Origin: Armatimonadota bacterium | Lineage (GTDB): Bacteria > Armatimonadota > Armatimonadia > Armatimonadales > Armatimonadaceae | Length of the DNA: 18,622 nt | Assembly (NCBI GenBank): GCA_043754515.1 | Contig: JAYUUO010000022.1 | Location: 1 to 18,622, forward strand | Direction of reading: 5' to 3' | In this document: one piece after another, positions 17,271 through 18,622 of the stretch | Layout of the letters: each line of letters starts with the position of its first letter | Numbering within the stretch: the stretch's first letter is position 1 | The notes under the pieces: model-generated | Database searches by the model: none | What the model saw: only the letters and a program-made list of their open reading frames with translations | Told to the model about the DNA's origin: nothing | Made by a program: the position numbers and the translations under genes

Positions 17271-18293
17271 TTACAGGGTCCGGTCTATCGCCGGCGCCAG
17301 TCGCCGTAGTCGCCCCATCAGCGTCTCGAACGCTTCGGGGGTCAGGGACTGTGCCCCGTCCTTCATCGCCTTCGCCGGGTTCGGGTGGACCTCGATAATC
17401 GCGCCGTCCGCGCCCGCCGCGAACGCCGCCATGGTGACATCCGGGACGAGCGACGCTTTGCCGGTGCCGTGCGACGGGTCGGCGATGATCGGCAGGTGCG
17501 ACAACTCCTTGATCGCCGGGATGGCGTTGATGTCGAACGTGTTGCGGGTGTACGTCTCGAAGGTGCGCACGCCGCGCTCGCATAGCATCACCTCGTAGTT
17601 GCCCTGCGACACGATGTACTCGGCGGCCTGTAGCCACTCCTCGATCTTGCTACTCATGCCACGCTTGAGCATGACCGGCTTCTTCGCCATCCCGACCTCG
17701 CGGAGTAGGTTGTAGTTCTGCGCGTTGCGCGTGCCGATCTGCAGAATGTCGGCGTACTCGCAAACGATATCCACGTCGCGGACGTCCATGACTTCGGTGA
17801 TGACCGGCAGTCCCGTCTCTTCGCGGGCGGCGGCGAGCATCTGCAAGCCGGGGACGCCGTGGCCGTGGAACGAGTAGGGGGATGTGCTCGGCTTGTACGC
17901 CCCGCCGCGCAGGATGTGCGCGCCCATCGCCTTGACAATATGAGCGGTCTCGATGATCATCTCCGGCGTCTCCACGGTGCAGGGTCCCGCCATGACCACC
18001 ATCGTGTCGCTCCCGATGACCACGTTCCCGACCGTGATCTTCGTGCCCTCGGGGCGGAAGTCTTTTCCGACCAACTTGTAGGGCGCGGACACGGCGAGGC
18101 ACTTTTCCACGAACGGCAACGCTTCGAATTGGTCGGCGATCTCGCCCTTTTCTTCGATGCCGACGCCGATGACGCCGATGATGGTCTTCTCCGCGCCCAC
18201 GGAAACATGCACGCCGTAGCCGCGCTCCTTGAGGTTGTCGGCGATGTCCTCGCGGTTGCGCTCGGTCGCGCGGGGGGAAAGTACGATAATCAT
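17271..18293 (-). CDS. aroF: 3-deoxy-7-phosphoheptulonate (DAHP) synthase, type I-beta with N-terminal ferredoxin/ACT-like regulatory domain
   Basis: MIIVL...[12 protein letters not shown]-terminal domain; [75 protein letters not shown]. Confidence 0.95.
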   Translation of the reverse strand: MIIVLSPRATERNREDIADNLKERGYGVHVSVGAEKTIIGVIGVGIEEKGEIADQFEALPFVEKCLAVSAPYKLVGKDFRPEGTKITVGNVVIGSDTMVVMAGPCTVETPEMIIETAHIVKAMGAHILRGGAYKPSTSPYSFHGHGVPGLQMLAAAREETGLPVITEVMDVRDVDIVCEYADILQIGTRNAQNYNLLREVGMAKKPVMLKRGMSSKIEEWLQAAEYIVSQGNYEVMLCERGVRTFETYTRNTFDINAIPAIKELSHLPIIADPSHGTGKASLVPDVTMAAFAAGADGAIIEVHPNPAKAMKDGAQSLTPEAFETLMGRLRRLAPAIDRTL

Positions 18294-18299
18294 GGGTCA

Positions 18300-18308
18300 A
18301 GTGTAGCA
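18300..18308 (-). promoter_or_regulatory. Extended -10 element (TGcTACACT) 6 nt upstream of the aroF ATG; leaderless-type arrangement
   Basis: Minus strand TG-c-TACACT-tgaccc-ATG; no SD. Confidence 0.6.
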
Positions 18309-18341
18309 CACGGGGGCGTCGGTACGCCAACCGCGCCCTCG

Positions 18342-18620
18342 CTACGGCACCGGCAGTACCGTCTCGTCTCCAGCGATGTTCCGCACCTTGAGACGAAGTG
18401 GCCTCCGGGCGGCGGTGATACGAGTATTCCAGAATAATTTGGATTTCAAGCCGTTGTACGCGACGAACCCACGCTTGTCTATGCGAACCTCGGAGTCGGA
18501 GTGCCACGAGCCGCTATCATTCGTACAGTCAAGGCTCAACCATTCGATAAACTCTAAGCCGCTCTCGCTCGCGGTGATCGGCTGGAATGGTACGGCATTA
18601 CCGCGTGATATCTCGGCGTC
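18342..18620 (-). CDS. 3' end of a gene truncated by the window edge; probable site-specific DNA methyltransferase C-terminal domain
   Basis: Frame is open to the edge: DAEISRGNAVPFQPITASESGLEFIEWLSLDCTNDSGSWHSDSEVRIDKRGFV...FW...RPLRLKVRNIAGDETVLPVP*. The SLDCT/WHSDSE/RNIxGDE pattern resembles C-termini I recall from N4/N6 DNA methylases. The catalytic motifs are outside the window. Confidence 0.5.
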   Translation of the reverse strand, partial: DAEISRGNAVPFQPITASESGLEFIEWLSLDCTNDSGSWHSDSEVRIDKRGFVAYNGLKSKLFWNTRITAARRPLRLKVRNIAGDETVLPVP

Positions 18621-18622
18621 CA

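Noticed and set aside
17650..18507. 285-aa minus-strand ORF overlapping aroF
   Set aside because: Arg/His-rich out-of-frame shadow of aroF.

Overview
High-GC bacterial chromosomal window; the gene content and protein style suggest Armatimonadota or a related Terrabacteria lineage (inference, not a database result). The minus strand carries a housekeeping run, tRNA-Leu(TAG)-tRNA-Gly(GCC)-tig-clpP-dnaG-rpoD, with no clpX. Upstream of it lies a four-gene block: a GT39/PMT-type protein O-glycosyltransferase followed by three type IV prepilin-like genes in pilV-pilW-pilX order. The PilW-like protein ends in a 100-residue Pro/Thr tail. The block starts at a consensus sigma54 -24/-12 promoter (TTGGCACGAACTTTGCA, 13011-13027), and the divergent plus-strand run ridA-rpoN-thrB encodes sigma54 itself. 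Further right are an orphan McsB-like guanidino kinase lacking the conserved Cys, aroF and the 3' end of a probable DNA methyltransferase. The left edge holds the 3' part of a YegI-like membrane/HhH protein. The best candidate for an undescribed system is a sigma54-controlled module for glycosylating minor pilins. No mobile element or CRISPR array was seen.
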